64,000 nucleotides of DNA, from positions 1 to 64,000 of the forward strand of contig CAUYUJ010000027.1 in assembly GCA_963575745.1 (NCBI GenBank). The letters are read 5' to 3'. Every line of letters begins with the position of its first letter. Positions within the stretch are counted from its first letter, which is position 1. This stretch comes from Prorocentrum cordatum. Lineage: Eukaryota. Both the position numbers and the translations under genes were made by a program. Under the pieces are notes generated by a model. That model ran no database searches. It was not told where the DNA came from and saw only the letters and a list, made by a program, of their open reading frames with translations. Positions 62,448 through 64,000 of the stretch are shown in pieces.

Positions 62448-64000
62448 GGTCGTCGTCGTCGCGTAGAGCTGACCGCTGCGGCGGCGCCGCCTGCCGCGCC
62501 GCGCCTGGCGGAGGCGGCCTCAGACTGCACCCCGGCGAGGCGGCGGAGCCGCTGGGCGGCGCGGCAGGCGGCGCCAAAACCGCCCCGTCGGAGAGCCCAG
62601 GGGCGATCGGAACGGGTGCGGGAAAAAGGGGTACAGAGACCGACAGATTGTCGGCCACGCGCAGAGGGGGGCAGGGTCCGGGGGCAGGGGTGGAGGGTTT
62701 CTCCGAATGGCTTAGGCGACCCGTCCTTCTCCTCCTCCTGCCCCTCCTCCCTCCTCCTCCATCTCCTCCTGCTCCTCCTCCTCCTATTCCTCCTCCTCCT
62801 CCTCCTCCTCCTCCTCATCGGCCATCTCCTCCTCCTCCTGCTCCTCCTCGTCCTCCTCATCCTCCTCCTCCTCTTGTCGCCTACGGCCCCGGGGGAAACC
62901 GTGCAGTGGGGGGCAGCAGGGGGAGGGGGGAGGGCTTCTTAGAAGCACCCCTGCTTCTAGACGGCGCGGGCCTTGCCTATGTATGTGAGGCCTGTAAGGC
63001 TGGCGCCACTACCCGCAGAGTGCCTGCTCGCAAGCGCCCGCAAAAACACGTGGTCGCCTCGATGTAATGGATGTTCCAGAGGTGACCGTTGAGTCATTCC
63101 GGCCAGGCACCCTGGCCGTGCGCTGCTGGCATATATCCCGGCCCCACACCCCTACAGAGAATATGACGGCCGGCTTTAGGAGGCATACCTCGCGGCTGCC
63201 CGCGCAGAGAACTAGGTCCGGAGTTCCTGTCGGACGCGGTTCGCGGCAGCCGAGCCACGAGCAAAATATCCCCCTCGGCGGATCCAGACCATTCGCGAGT
63301 AGTTACTTTGCGAGCAGTGGAACGCGCTTGTCTGAATAATGAGTGCACAGACCGACAGAATGGGTGCGGAAATGATGGGTACGGAGAGAGTAGGTACTAT
63401 CGAGTCGGCCCGCCAGTTTCCCCCTGTTTGGTCCTCCTGGGATGCCCTCGTCGCCTCCGCTTGATTCGCTTCGAAGTCCTGGTCAGAGCGCACCCCAGGA
63501 GAGGTCCAGGGAGTAGCAGTATGGGTACTTTTTGATTTCCCCATGAGAACCAGCAGGATTCCCGGTTCATTTTGAGCAGGACTCGCTGTCGGTGTTGCCG
63601 CGGATTCTGTCCACTTGAGACAGAAAGCCGCCTGCCCAACAGCGGCCGTTGCTGGTTGGGAAAAGGGTGTTGTGCCCAGTCTTTCCGTATGCATCTTGGG
63701 CGTCTAAACAGAGGTTGGAACCAGCACCAATATCGCAAGGTTGATCATGGTTCAGTCGGTTCGGTTGCGTCGCAGTCGGTCGCGTTCGGTCGGGTCGATT
63801 CGGTCGATTGTCGTGTCGTTGCCGCGTCACTGCGCCCTTTAGCCTGCTTGCGGCATGTCGATTCCAGTCGGTTTCGGTTTCGCTGCCGCCGTGCACGGCC
63901 TGGTATCGGCGGTGTGCCTCCACTGAAGGAAGATGATCCCGATCTCGGCCATGGTGGTACTACTCGGGCTTCTAAGGTGGCCGAGAAAAGTAGGATCATC

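Noticed and set aside
55600..63999. Long GC-rich ORFs (e.g. 55624-56640, 60434-61564, 61952-63067)
   Set aside because: They overlap in all frames, are low-complexity and show no recognisable domain. Small exons of an intron-rich host gene may exist but cannot be supported without RNA data.

Overview
Repeat-dominated eukaryotic DNA with no recognisable host gene. The simple-repeat style resembles a dinoflagellate genome, but that is inference only. Positions 1-~39 kb look like a satellite but parse as nested insertions of short non-autonomous elements from two main families. Family alpha is about 1.0-1.8 kb with internal ~178-bp tandem repeats; family beta is about 0.4 kb. Each element has a left end (alpha taactcgtagagcttcc, beta tacctcgtagagctc) and a right end made of the inverted copy of that motif, a GC-rich hairpin and ...cgcc(c)ag. 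This resembles Helentron/Helitron2 (rolling-circle) non-autonomous elements. They insert next to a T, usually without a TSD, mostly into the first ~150 bp of each other. Four separate retro-insertions (15579-16809, 17814-19793, ~21712-24796, and ~39015-43880 on the minus strand) have their 3' junction at the same spot in the right-end hairpin. The three LINE-coding insertions all carry an RNase H with catalytic motifs in circularly permuted order. The two that retain the RT show TG in place of QG and WADN in place of YADD. Positions 44-64 kb hold microsatellites (including ~4 kb of (GAT)n), minisatellites and an inverted pair of a second subTIR/microsatellite element. All coordinates were read by eye.
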